Shown piece by piece: positions 17,511-26,729 of a DNA stretch of 64,000 nt. The position numbers and the translations under genes were made by a program. Location: positions 1 through 64,000 of IMG/VR virus record IMGVR_UViG_3300011559_000001; one strand, given 5' to 3'. Each line of letters begins with the position of its first letter. Position 1 is the stretch's first letter. This stretch comes from a virus. Taxonomy: Duplodnaviria > Caudoviricetes. The notes under the pieces were generated by a model. That model saw only the letters and a list, made by a program, of their open reading frames with translations. It was not told the origin of the DNA and made no database searches.

Positions 17511-18023
17511 ATGATCGTTTTCATTGCTCAGGAAAATGCCCAGTTCGACAAGGCACTGGCTTCGTGGCAGCGCGCCCATCCGTACCTGTGGAAGACTTCC
17601 TCTGACCACAGTAACCTGCAGCGCCTGCGCACCGTGCGCGTTCTCGGTGCCAACATGCAGGCCTCGGCTGACAAGCTGAGCGGCATGCCCACGGTTGTCA
17701 ATCGCGTGGAGCGCGACCAGAACCTGGTGTTCGTCAAGGGCCCGCAGGGCTGGTTCAACGTCACCGACGCTACCGCGGCTGAACTGGCCAGCGTGATCCT
17801 CGGTGCTGCTGTGCAGTCCACCCACGTGGTGGTCAACCACGTTGTGCAGGAAACGGTCGTGGTCGTTGAAGAACGTCCCACTGCCCGTCAGATCTTCAAC
17901 CCCACCGGTTCGCTGCTGGGTGATCTGGCGCTGGCAGCGCTGGCAGGTGTGGGACAGGCCTTCGTCGGTAGCGAGAAGGATTCTGCCCACAACGGCGCTA
18001 ACAGCTTCCGTAGTATCCGCTAA
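17511..18023 (+). CDS. hypothetical protein
   Basis: GGAG RBS. Confidence 0.7.
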   Translation: MIVFIAQENAQFDKALASWQRAHPYLWKTSSDHSNLQRLRTVRVLGANMQASADKLSGMPTVVNRVERDQNLVFVKGPQGWFNVTDATAAELASVILGAAVQSTHVVVNHVVQETVVVVEERPTARQIFNPTGSLLGDLALAALAGVGQAFVGSEKDSAHNGANSFRSIR

Positions 18024-18036
18024 CTGGAGTAGTCCA

Positions 18037-18324
18037 ATGGCTGCGCGCCGCATGTTTGAGATCAGCGTCAATAGCATTGCCCGCTTCCATGCCACCACGT
18101 ACGGTGACCCGGTGCAGGTGTACAACACAGCGCAACTGGAGCGCGTGGAAAAGGGCGTGCCGTTCAAGGCATTGTTCAACCACGACCAGGCTGTGGGTAT
18201 TATGACTGACCGCGGTCTGGCACTGGTCTATGCCAGTCCCCGCCAAGGTCGTGTCTTCGGCGATGCCGATGACAGTGTCGACTGGGCAGAGGCGATGGGT
18301 CGCATCTCCCAATCTCTCAACTGA
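18037..18324 (+). CDS. hypothetical protein
   Basis: GGAG RBS. Confidence 0.65.
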   Translation: MAARRMFEISVNSIARFHATTYGDPVQVYNTAQLERVEKGVPFKALFNHDQAVGIMTDRGLALVYASPRQGRVFGDADDSVDWAEAMGRISQSLN

Positions 18325-18400
18325 GAGCGTAGATCCAGCCCCTGGGATTCCGGGGGCTGCAGTGTACGCTTTACCCTACCCATTCCCAAGGAGCTTTACC

Positions 18401-18712
18401 ATGAACCTCACCACCCTCGATACCGGCATGGCCATCACCTTCATCGTCATGGGCCTGATCTCGGTCGTGGCCATGGCTGTCATGAGCATGCAGATGAAGA
18501 ACTACGAAACTGCTTCGATCCAGAACTGCTACATCTCTCAGCTGGCCATCGCGGTGTTCTTCGTGATGATGCTGATCCCGGCCGTGGGCTTTGCCTACAA
18601 GGGCCTGTCCTACACCGCTGGTGCCACGATGGTCATGGCGGGTATCACGGCCTTCGGCCTGACCCGTCTGAGCAACCGCGCCCAGCAGCTGCTGTCCCAG
18701 CGTTACGCGTAA
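18401..18712 (+). CDS. membrane protein
   Basis: Three hydrophobic helices, AAGGAG RBS. Confidence 0.7.
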   Translation: MNLTTLDTGMAITFIVMGLISVVAMAVMSMQMKNYETASIQNCYISQLAIAVFFVMMLIPAVGFAYKGLSYTAGATMVMAGITAFGLTRLSNRAQQLLSQRYA

Positions 18713-18771
18713 ACCACACCACATCCCATCACACCGACAACGAGTCGGTGCCAACGTCAAGGAGCACTACC

Positions 18772-19233
18772 ATGCAGATCAACAACGACCTCGTGATCGC
18801 CACCGTCAACAGCGGCGAGATGTTCACCCAGCACCACATCAACCGTTCCGCCCCGATCATCGACCTGCTGTACCACGTCTTCGATCGCCTGCCGCGTCGC
18901 GAGTTCGATGAAGAATGGCATGGCCCCACCGGCTACATGGATGGCGTCCCCCGCGATACCTTCGAGGACATCGGCCTGGGCTTCTCCTCGGTCGATACCT
19001 ACGGTCGTCGCATGGTGGTCCTGCCCAGCAGCACCGGCCGTCCGATGGCGTACTTCGAGCGTGCCCTGGACAGCGGCCGTGTGGCCTGCAATGGCTACAT
19101 GGAAGATCTGGCCCCGAGCTGGAACAACGGCAAGACCCGTGTGCCGTCCGGCTACGCCGTGGACAATGACCAGTTCGCCGAGCCGCTGCTGCGTCTGGCC
19201 GATCCGGCATTCCTGGAAGCCCGCGCCGCGTAA
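18772..19233 (+). CDS. hypothetical protein
   Basis: AAGGAG RBS, strong codon bias, terminator after. Confidence 0.75.
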   Translation: MQINNDLVIATVNSGEMFTQHHINRSAPIIDLLYHVFDRLPRREFDEEWHGPTGYMDGVPRDTFEDIGLGFSSVDTYGRRMVVLPSSTGRPMAYFERALDSGRVACNGYMEDLAPSWNNGKTRVPSGYAVDNDQFAEPLLRLADPAFLEARAA

Positions 19234-19331
19234 CCTACGCCCCAGCCCCTTCGGGGGCTGGGGTTGTCGGGGACCTCTTTTGTTTTGGTTATCCTATGGA
19301 AAGATCGTCTATCACGCAACGGAGAAGGGAT

Positions 19332-20012
19332 ATGATTCCCATCGCATTGGTCCCCATCCTGAAGAAGGTATGGGATCTGGTCACACTTCGCAACATCGCG
19401 TACTTGGTTGGCCTGATCGTTCTGGTCTTTGCCATGTACAAAGGCTACAACTGGGTCTACGACCGCGGCGCCTCTTCCCGCGATCAGGAAGTGGTTGATG
19501 CCCAAAAGGCACAGAAGGAAGCCGAGGACAAGTACGCAGAGTACAAGGGCACCTACGACAACTGGGTGGCCAACACCAAGAAAGCCCAAGAGCAATACCT
19601 GAAGGAACAACTGGCCGACGTCGCTGCCCGACAGACGCGGCTGGAAGAAGCCGAGAAGGCTGCTCGCAACAAACCCACCACCATCAAAGAGGTTATCAAG
19701 TATGTCCCTGCCCAAGTGGATGCTACTTATCGTCTGCCTGTTGGTCTTGTCCGCCTGTACGGGGAAAGTCTCCAAGGACGACCCGCCGGCTCCGATTCCT
19801 TCGTTGAGCTTCCCCAAGGCCTCGGACTCAATGTTGGAGACGCGTCCGGCCTTGCTGTGTCCGAATTCGGACGCATCGCAGCTTTCAACAACGCCGAGTG
19901 TGTCGTGCGTGGAGCGGTGATCCTGGAATGGCAGGACTGGTACAAGGTCAACAAGGCCAAGTTCGATGTCCTGCAGAAAGAACAAGCTGATTCGGCTCCC
20001 AAGGAAAAGTAG
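19332..20012 (+). CDS. i-spanin (Rz-like)
   Basis: N-terminal TM helix, coiled coil, KEVIKYVP motif; embedded lipoprotein gene. Confidence 0.75.
   Translation: MIPIALVPILKKVWDLVTLRNIAYLVGLIVLVFAMYKGYNWVYDRGASSRDQEVVDAQKAQKEAEDKYAEYKGTYDNWVANTKKAQEQYLKEQLADVAARQTRLEEAEKAARNKPTTIKEVIKYVPAQVDATYRLPVGLVRLYGESLQGRPAGSDSFVELPQGLGLNVGDASGLAVSEFGRIAAFNNAECVVRGAVILEWQDWYKVNKAKFDVLQKEQADSAPKEK
19702..19920 (+). CDS. o-spanin (Rz1-like lipoprotein) embedded in +1 frame
   Basis: Signal peptide with lipobox LSAC, Pro-rich mature region, GAGG RBS. Confidence 0.75.
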   Translation: MSLPKWMLLIVCLLVLSACTGKVSKDDPPAPIPSLSFPKASDSMLETRPALLCPNSDASQLSTTPSVSCVER

Positions 20013-20014
20013 TC

Positions 20015-20662
20015 ATGGCCAAGTGGTACCAGATGGAGCTGTTCCACGGCTCTGAACAAAAGCTCGATGTGATTCGTCCGATGGGCGTGAACATGGGCAG
20101 TCGCTTCGGTAAGCCGCACTGGGCCAGCTACTTTTGGCGCTCTTTTGAAGAGGCGCTCCACTGGGCAGTGTTCCAATACCTGCGTCGGGTGGGGAAGTTG
20201 CGCCCCATGTACCACGTTCCCACGGGTAAGTTCATCGTCACCGAGGATAAGGTCCAGCAGGTCTATCAAGCCCTGCTGAATCAAACCACCTACGTGTACA
20301 AGGTCGTGGCTCCGATTGTAGAGGTTGGGGTGGGCTCCAGTCCGGACATCCATGAGTTCACCCTGGAGAAGGACCAAGTCCCCACTGAGAGCACCGAGGT
20401 GAAGATGACTCGGTCAGTCATTGACGGGTCGATGTTGGTTTACACCGAAGCGCAGTTGAAGGCGTATCTCAACGACCTGCAAGCTGGTAAGTTCACCAAT
20501 CGCCGAGGGTTCTTCTTGGGGATGCTCTTGGATCGTGATCGCGACTTCCAACGGCATCGCTACCACAAGCTGATGAACCTAGGCCAGCTCAAGCCGGGTG
20601 ATGATCTGTCAGCAGTATCGTTGGAGTCTCGTCCGGCCAGCGCTTACTGGGGCGGAGAGTAA
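20015..20662 (+). CDS. hypothetical protein, possible ADP-ribosyltransferase fold
   Basis: LFHGS, SYF, YVYKV, HEF; C-terminal SLES. Confidence 0.45.
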   Translation: MAKWYQMELFHGSEQKLDVIRPMGVNMGSRFGKPHWASYFWRSFEEALHWAVFQYLRRVGKLRPMYHVPTGKFIVTEDKVQQVYQALLNQTTYVYKVVAPIVEVGVGSSPDIHEFTLEKDQVPTESTEVKMTRSVIDGSMLVYTEAQLKAYLNDLQAGKFTNRRGFFLGMLLDRDRDFQRHRYHKLMNLGQLKPGDDLSAVSLESRPASAYWGGE

Positions 20663-20699
20663 TGCTGTGAAGTAAGACCTTTCGCACTAGGGGAACATC

Positions 20700-21149
20700 A
20701 TGAATCAGTTCGCGGCAAACACACTGGCTGAGTTGCAGATCCAAAGTCAGGAAGCCGGTAACGAAGACAGCCCGGTCTTTACGGCCATGGGTTCGGTCAG
20801 TTACCGTCAGGTCAGTGAGGACGATGTGGAAGAGATGGAGCCGGAGTTGTTTACCTACGCCCAGATCACCACGGAAGCCAAGCAACCGCGTTTCAAGATG
20901 GGCGATAAGGTCTGGGTGCCGGAGTGGGATGACGACGGCGTACCGATTGATTTCTTCGAAGTGTTTGTGGTGGGCCTGGAGATCTATCCGGACTCGATCC
21001 ACTACATGATCGGATTCTTCGATCCGACCGATGGTATGATCGATACGAACTTCGAATCGGTCGACGACGAAGATGCTTACGCTGAGAAGCCGGACTTGAC
21101 CATTGCACAAAAGCGTGCTCAGGGCAAGCCCAAACTGAGTGTGGTCTGA
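20700..21149 (+). CDS. acidic hypothetical protein
   Basis: ORF followed by terminator; ends KPKLSVV. Confidence 0.7.
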   Translation: MNQFAANTLAELQIQSQEAGNEDSPVFTAMGSVSYRQVSEDDVEEMEPELFTYAQITTEAKQPRFKMGDKVWVPEWDDDGVPIDFFEVFVVGLEIYPDSIHYMIGFFDPTDGMIDTNFESVDDEDAYAEKPDLTIAQKRAQGKPKLSVV

Positions 21150-21263
21150 CATACGCCCCCACCCTTCGGGGTGGGGGTTTATGCCGCTTAAAGGAATTTG
21201 AGACGCATACTACTGTCTTACTTAGAGGCACTAAAGACCTCGCCGCCTACGCAAGGATTTACA

Positions 21264-21656
21264 ATGACCCCTAGCCCCTCCGCACGTGCAGACAAGTTTC
21301 GTAAGGATCAACAGCTGACTGGCCTCATGAGCCTGAAGTTCAATGTGCGCATGTTGATTGGGATCTTCCCCAATGCCAACCCTGCGCAGTTTGAACAGAT
21401 CATGCAGGAGTACACCGGCCTTTCAAAGGAACCGGACTTCCAGTACATTCGCAGTCGCGCAAAGGTGATGGGGCAGTTGGAGGATCTGTTGTTTGTGATC
21501 CGCAAAGACCCTGACCTGAGCGCCAAGTTCAATCGCATCTTGAGGTTGCAGCGGCCGATTGACCGCGTGACCGAGACCCGGCGCACGTTTCGTATCTATC
21601 CCACACTGGCTCGATTGGTGCTCAAGCTGATCGAAGCCGGTGCTCCCCAACAGTAA
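21264..21656 (+). CDS. hypothetical protein
   Basis: AAGGA RBS after promoter motif at 21199. Confidence 0.65.
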   Translation: MTPSPSARADKFRKDQQLTGLMSLKFNVRMLIGIFPNANPAQFEQIMQEYTGLSKEPDFQYIRSRAKVMGQLEDLLFVIRKDPDLSAKFNRILRLQRPIDRVTETRRTFRIYPTLARLVLKLIEAGAPQQ

Positions 21657-21693
21657 CCCATTCTCGCAACGCCTACCACAAGGAAATCGCACC

Positions 21694-22554
21694 ATGGAAC
21701 AGAACGACAAGAAGGTTTTTGAACTGCGCATCGAAGGCAACCAGATCCTGCTGGTTGGCGTGAGCGGTCAGACTCTGGCCAAGGTCTTGGCCTTCCGTGC
21801 CGATACCCAGGATCATCCCGGCCTGCTGCCGCCCCAGCGCGCCATCCAGTTCGAGAGTCTGTTGCTGTCGGGCATCGATTACGAGGAGGCCATGTTCCTG
21901 ATGAGCCACGTGATGACGGCACTGGAACCGAACTATCCGGACAACCCCTACGAAACGACCTACAGCGTGGTCTCCGGCGGTAAGGACCGCGTCCACCTGC
22001 CGCGTGTGGATCCCCTGACGCTGGATGCCCTCGCGTTGGCTGCCTTGGCTGAGGAAGAGGGTATCGTCATCAATGGCCTGCCGGTCATCGATCGTGAGCG
22101 TATGACCAACGTCCAAGCCGGCGCCAAGGTCTTCGCCCTCACCCACGAGAACGCCCACTCCGTCGTGCTGAAGGGCACCACCCGTGACACCGTGGGTATG
22201 GAACTGCGGGTGTCCTACAGCATCAAGGGCGACCGCATCCACCTTGACCGTGTTGTGGATCCCCAGCAGAAGCGCGCCACCGGCGAGTACGGTATCAGTC
22301 TGGCGCTGGTGGTGATCAGCAAGCTTGCCCAGCGCCCCGGTCATGCGCCGTTGACGGTGGTCAGCGGCAGTGGCTTCTTCGGTAGCGGTCTGGCGCCCCT
22401 GTTGACGGTCCAGCAGGAAGACGGCACCGTGCGGCTGCGTCCGGAATTGCTGTCGATGGCTCAGCAGTGCATCGACGAAGCCGGCTTCACCATCGTGGAT
22501 GCGGAAGTCGAATCCGAACGCCCCGAACGTCGTGAATCGGAGTCGGCGGAATAA
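21694..22554 (+). CDS. hypothetical protein
   Basis: AAGGA RBS; terminator at 22559-22586. Confidence 0.75.
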   Translation: MEQNDKKVFELRIEGNQILLVGVSGQTLAKVLAFRADTQDHPGLLPPQRAIQFESLLLSGIDYEEAMFLMSHVMTALEPNYPDNPYETTYSVVSGGKDRVHLPRVDPLTLDALALAALAEEEGIVINGLPVIDRERMTNVQAGAKVFALTHENAHSVVLKGTTRDTVGMELRVSYSIKGDRIHLDRVVDPQQKRATGEYGISLALVVISKLAQRPGHAPLTVVSGSGFFGSGLAPLLTVQQEDGTVRLRPELLSMAQQCIDEAGFTIVDAEVESERPERRESESAE

Positions 22555-22607
22555 AAGCAAGAGGGCTCCCTTCGGGGAGCCCTCTCACGGAGTCCTTTTG
22601 TTTTTGG

Positions 22608-22841
22608 TCACCGCGAGCGCCGGCGGGTAGGCTTGCTCTGCAGGTGCGCCAAGGGGTAATCGCGCAGGAAACGATCCGCTGCTTCCTTGTCGAGAAAACG
22701 TCCCAACACTACCCCAGTCTTCTTCTTGGTAACGCGAAGTGGCAGTTCGCTGTTTTCAGCGACTTCGAATTCGACCAACTTGAGTTTCTTCTTGAAGTCT
22801 TGCGCCCTGTCGTAGGCAAATGGTTCGACTGCTGTCGACAT
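22608..22841 (-). CDS. hypothetical protein
   Basis: 77-aa ORF convergent on terminator. Confidence 0.55.
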   Translation of the reverse strand: MSTAVEPFAYDRAQDFKKKLKLVEFEVAENSELPLRVTKKKTGVVLGRFLDKEAADRFLRDYPLAHLQSKPTRRRSR

Positions 22842-22944
22842 TGTGGTGGCCCCCTGGTTGTTGCGTTTGTGCGATTAGTTGAAGTGATGGTTCCTCTCGG
22901 GACCATAGGATTACGTATTTTCTTACATACGCTTGTGATGATGT

Positions 22945-23585
22945 GGTGAAGGCCGCCCACTAGACGATTTCCCTGACGATTTCTTCAAAGACCGGCCTGC
23001 ACTCGCGTGCTTACGATCCGCCACCTCTCGAGGCGCATCTCCAAAGACACACTTCGAAACCGGCCTCGTCCTGCAAAGGACGGGCTACCCAACTTTGGGT
23101 CGGAGCACGCAATTATCGAATGTCTGGAGTTGCAGTCCTTGGCCTCGAGCCCTGACAGATGACTCCTTACTAAGCACTCCCCCACTGACGGCTAGGGGAA
23201 TAAAGTGCACGTTGAGTTGTGGATCCCTGCGAAGATCTGCACAACTCTTAACCGTCCGGCTGGCATCGCAGTCCAGCAAGTTGTACGCGCTCAGTAAGCC
23301 TCACGAATGCTTAGCTCAACAGGGCGAGCTTTCAAAGGTGCACAGTCTGTCCTACGAGTGGAAAACCCCAGGGGCTTCGGTCGCGGGGACTCACGAGGCG
23401 TCGGTCGATACCGATGGCAGGCTGGTAACGCACTGGAAGATGGAGTGAGTGAAAGCTTTAGGGCAGTACGTGTGCAGCCTTCAGTGGTTTCCTTCGTCGG
23501 AAGAGCTCCCGACTTGCGAGACTACTGCGGGAAGTACATGGGTAGGAAAGGGGTGTAGGAGCCAGGGCTGGGCGCCCTGGCTCTT
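22945..23585 (+). ncRNA. large structured non-coding RNA candidate (~630 nt)
   Basis: No credible ORF; more than 10 nested helices including long-range pairs with G-U; terminal hairpin GAGCCAGGGC..GCCCTGGCTC. Confidence 0.7.
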
Positions 23586-23650
23586 ATGCTGTCGAGTATG
23601 TAAAAGGTAACTGGCCAGTGCCAGAGTGTAGACCTTAAGAGAGTACGATC

Positions 23651-24253
23651 ATGTTCGACATCGCCGCCCACCGTGGGAAGAACCTGGCACCCACCGAAGA
23701 AAACTTCGGTTCGCTGGTGAACCAGTTGAAGGAAAAGCTGTTGGTGGAAATCACTGCCGTGGTGACCGAAAGTGACGGTGACCATCCGATCTACAACGAC
23801 GCGCTGCGTAAGAGATGCGACCTGTACGAAGGGGTGTTTGGCGGTGGTTTGGCGTTCATGGCCTTCGAGCTGATCTCCGGCTACAAGCTGGTACTGTTCG
23901 ATGCACCCAGCTGCTGTGCCACGCATTACTTCGAGTTCCCCAAGGACGACATCGAGCACGTGGTGGGTTCGCAGTTCCTCGCCCTGTTTGCCGACCCCAA
24001 CTCGGAAACGAGGGAAGAGGATGAAGAATGGCACAACGTCAAGGAATCGATCACCATGGCGCTGGTCACCAACCGCCTGATGGTGCGCTTCCCGGTCTAC
24101 AACGAGCACAACGGCTATTACAGCGGCATTGACCCGGTGCTGGCCATTATCGATGACCAGGGTCGTTACGTGGGCCATGGTAATGTTCCGGCGTTCAACC
24201 TCGAAACGCTCGCCGCCACGGTCCCGTCCATCCCCTCGCCGATGGCGCCGTAA
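23651..24253 (+). CDS. hypothetical protein
   Basis: 200-aa ORF; YNEHNGYYSG motif. Confidence 0.7.
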   Translation: MFDIAAHRGKNLAPTEENFGSLVNQLKEKLLVEITAVVTESDGDHPIYNDALRKRCDLYEGVFGGGLAFMAFELISGYKLVLFDAPSCCATHYFEFPKDDIEHVVGSQFLALFADPNSETREEDEEWHNVKESITMALVTNRLMVRFPVYNEHNGYYSGIDPVLAIIDDQGRYVGHGNVPAFNLETLAATVPSIPSPMAP

Positions 24254-24305
24254 CCAACCCCGGTTCAAACCCGTACTATCGGACTGAACCTAAAAGGAGT
24301 CAGCT

Positions 24306-24560
24306 GTGAAAGAACTCGACGAAGTACAAGTCAACCCGGTGGAGAAGTACAAGGAGCACATCCACCTGATGCTGCGCGCCCGCTTCAACCGTGACGAGGC
24401 CGAAGAGGACGAGCAGCTGGCTATTCTCGATCACTGGTATCTCCAGTGCGACGAAGTCGGCCGCAACGCCACCAATGAGTACATCGCCACGGTGATCCGC
24501 CCTATCGCCCGGGTCAACGGCATTCCCACCGAACTGCCGCCGCTGTACTCCCCCACTTAA
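24306..24560 (+). CDS. hypothetical protein
   Basis: AAGGAG RBS, GTG start. Confidence 0.65.
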   Translation: MKELDEVQVNPVEKYKEHIHLMLRARFNRDEAEEDEQLAILDHWYLQCDEVGRNATNEYIATVIRPIARVNGIPTELPPLYSPT

Positions 24561-24571
24561 ACGGAAACACG

Positions 24572-25096
24572 ATGTCCGAAGAAGAAATCCCACCGGCCGA
24601 AATCAAGGTCCCCTACGACCAGTTCCAGATCAGCTCCTATATCAGCTGGGTCGAGTGTAACGGTTACAAGCCCTACCTGCACATCGACACCGGTCATCCC
24701 GGTGTGCGCCTGCCGCTGGCGTCGTCCTCGAAAGAAATGGAGGTCATCAACGTCTCCACCTCGGCCGTGTACAAGATGCAATGGTTCGATGATCGTCTGG
24801 AGTTCAACGCCCGCTTTGGTGGTCGTGACTACCGGTTGGTGATCCCCTATCACGCCATCAAGGTCGTGTCCTTCGCCGGCACCCAGACGGCCGTACCGAC
24901 GCCGTGGGTGAACCTGCGCATCCGTGCCGAACCCGGCACTGAGCCCACCCAGACTTCCAGTCCGGTGGAAGCGCCGCCGCGCGAAGACGTCAAGGAGGCT
25001 CCGCAGGAAACCAGTGCACCGGAGAGCGATGCGCCATCGCCACCGTCCAACGTGCGCACTGTGGACTTCCGTGCTCCGCGCAAGCCCAAGTCGTAA
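24572..25096 (+). CDS. sspB: stringent starvation protein B (ClpXP adaptor) homologue
   Basis: W..CNG.KPYL, INVS.SAV, FNARFGG, IP..AI motifs; disordered tail. Confidence 0.85.
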   Translation: MSEEEIPPAEIKVPYDQFQISSYISWVECNGYKPYLHIDTGHPGVRLPLASSSKEMEVINVSTSAVYKMQWFDDRLEFNARFGGRDYRLVIPYHAIKVVSFAGTQTAVPTPWVNLRIRAEPGTEPTQTSSPVEAPPREDVKEAPQETSAPESDAPSPPSNVRTVDFRAPRKPKS

Positions 25097-25139
25097 ACAG
25101 CATAAGCCCCCGCCCAAACGGGCGGGGGCCTGTGCCGCC

Positions 25140-25529
25140 TTATCTAAGGCTCAATGCAATCCAGATGTACGTAGCGTACGCCAGAGCGAACGCGATGCGC
25201 AGAACGATGATCGTCTTGAGGTACCGTCGACGCTCAAGCTCAAAGAGATTGATGCGCCTTGCGTAATACCCAGAAGCTACGTGTAAGGTAGCGTCCACGA
25301 GGGCCAGATAACCAGACCACGGACAACCGACGAACTTGTGGAAGATCAGGTAGGTAGCACCACCGGCCACCAGTGCCATAACCAACACGGCCCAGTACCA
25401 GTAGTGTTCCCGCATCACCTGTTGATACCACTTGGTGTAAACCAACCGCTTGACGGCGGTGTGCTTGACGGCACAACTGATCCCCATCAAAACGGCGAGT
25501 ACGCCAATGGGCAGCTGGTCGAAGAGCAT
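25140..25529 (-). CDS. multi-pass membrane protein
   Basis: 3-4 hydrophobic helices. Confidence 0.55.
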   Translation of the reverse strand: MLFDQLPIGVLAVLMGISCAVKHTAVKRLVYTKWYQQVMREHYWYWAVLVMALVAGGATYLIFHKFVGCPWSGYLALVDATLHVASGYYARRINLFELERRRYLKTIIVLRIAFALAYATYIWIALSLR

Positions 25530-25619
25530 GACAGACACACCTGTAGCGAGGGTCCATTCCTCATAAGGTGGGTAAAAAATCACGCGGTTGTCCTGTCCTA
25601 TGTCAGAAGGAACAAATCC

Positions 25620-26096
25620 ATGAGCAGTGACCTGATTGACCAGCAACATGTGCTGGAACACTTGGCCAAGCAGCTGGGTGAAGACGTGGCTGAGTCGACC
25701 CGTCGTGTGGAGGTGGTCGTCGTCGGTAGCGGAATGGACGTCGCCCTGCTCCGACAGATCTGTGCAATTGGCAAGGAGCGTGGTTTGGATCTTGTCATCC
25801 ATGCGGAGGCACCTGCCCAACCGCTGGACGATCGCGTACTGCTGGTCAGTGATCTGGCAGAACGCAGCGCGGTACGTAGGGATCTGATCGACATCCTCGG
25901 TGGCATCCGCCTGGAGGATGATTTCCCGCTGCCGGTTTTCGACGTTGAAGCCTACGACGTACCTACCGAGCAGAAGCCGCTCAAGCATCATTCGATGCCC
26001 AAGCTCAACCAATTCATGAACAACCAGCGCAGCAAAGGTCCGCCGGTGCGCAAACAATTCGCCCTGAAACGCCCACCCCGCCGAGGTAACCGCTAA
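25620..26096 (+). CDS. hypothetical protein
   Basis: AAGGA RBS. Confidence 0.65.
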   Translation: MSSDLIDQQHVLEHLAKQLGEDVAESTRRVEVVVVGSGMDVALLRQICAIGKERGLDLVIHAEAPAQPLDDRVLLVSDLAERSAVRRDLIDILGGIRLEDDFPLPVFDVEAYDVPTEQKPLKHHSMPKLNQFMNNQRSKGPPVRKQFALKRPPRRGNR

Positions 26097-26698
26097 TGCA
26101 TCCGGAGTATCTGTTCATCCCCGTCGACCTGCCCAACAAGATCCAACGCATCACCCACATGGGCCGTGAGCCGGTAGCAACGGTGGACCTGATGGATCGG
26201 GATGTCCTTGTGGTCAGTCCCAACCCCCGAGGCGGCAGTGTGGTCATGGCCCGGGGCGTGGTCTTGATTGACTCGAGGGTCCAAACGATCCGCATTGCCA
26301 AGGCACTCGCCGGCGCTCATTGGCTACTGGCCGATCGCGCCGAGAAACACGGTCCGTATCTGCAGAACATCCTTCAGCATTCCCTGTTGAACCCCGGCCA
26401 GCTCGGTTCAGTAGGTATGTTCGTAGAGCACTGCACCGCAGCAGGCATCACCGGTAAGGCACGGCAGGTACTGATCTCCGATAAGGAAGTCATCTATCTG
26501 CTGACCATTGAACACACCGGTACGTACGAGCTGGCCCGGCTCGAAGAAGACACCCTGTACATGCACGGGGCACTGCTGACCCAACAGCAGATCGTCGACC
26601 AGTTCAACGCTGACAACCAGCGCCGCATCGATCGTGTTGGTAAGGTCTTTGACGCCTTCGGCGAAGACGGCTTTATCATGCCGACGCTGGAATCCTGA
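26096..26698 (+). CDS. hypothetical protein
   Basis: TAATG coupling. Confidence 0.65.
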   Translation: MHPEYLFIPVDLPNKIQRITHMGREPVATVDLMDRDVLVVSPNPRGGSVVMARGVVLIDSRVQTIRIAKALAGAHWLLADRAEKHGPYLQNILQHSLLNPGQLGSVGMFVEHCTAAGITGKARQVLISDKEVIYLLTIEHTGTYELARLEEDTLYMHGALLTQQQIVDQFNADNQRRIDRVGKVFDAFGEDGFIMPTLES

Positions 26699-26729
26699 TC
26701 CATCCACCCCAACCTGTGAAAATCGCACC

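Noticed and set aside
22985-23558. ORFs inside the structured intergenic region
   Set aside because: No RBS, atypical codon usage and composition; better explained as ncRNA.
22945-23585. RNase P RNA or tmRNA identity
   Set aside because: No GAGGAAAGTCC-type P4 motif and no tRNA-Ala-like ends seen on either strand.
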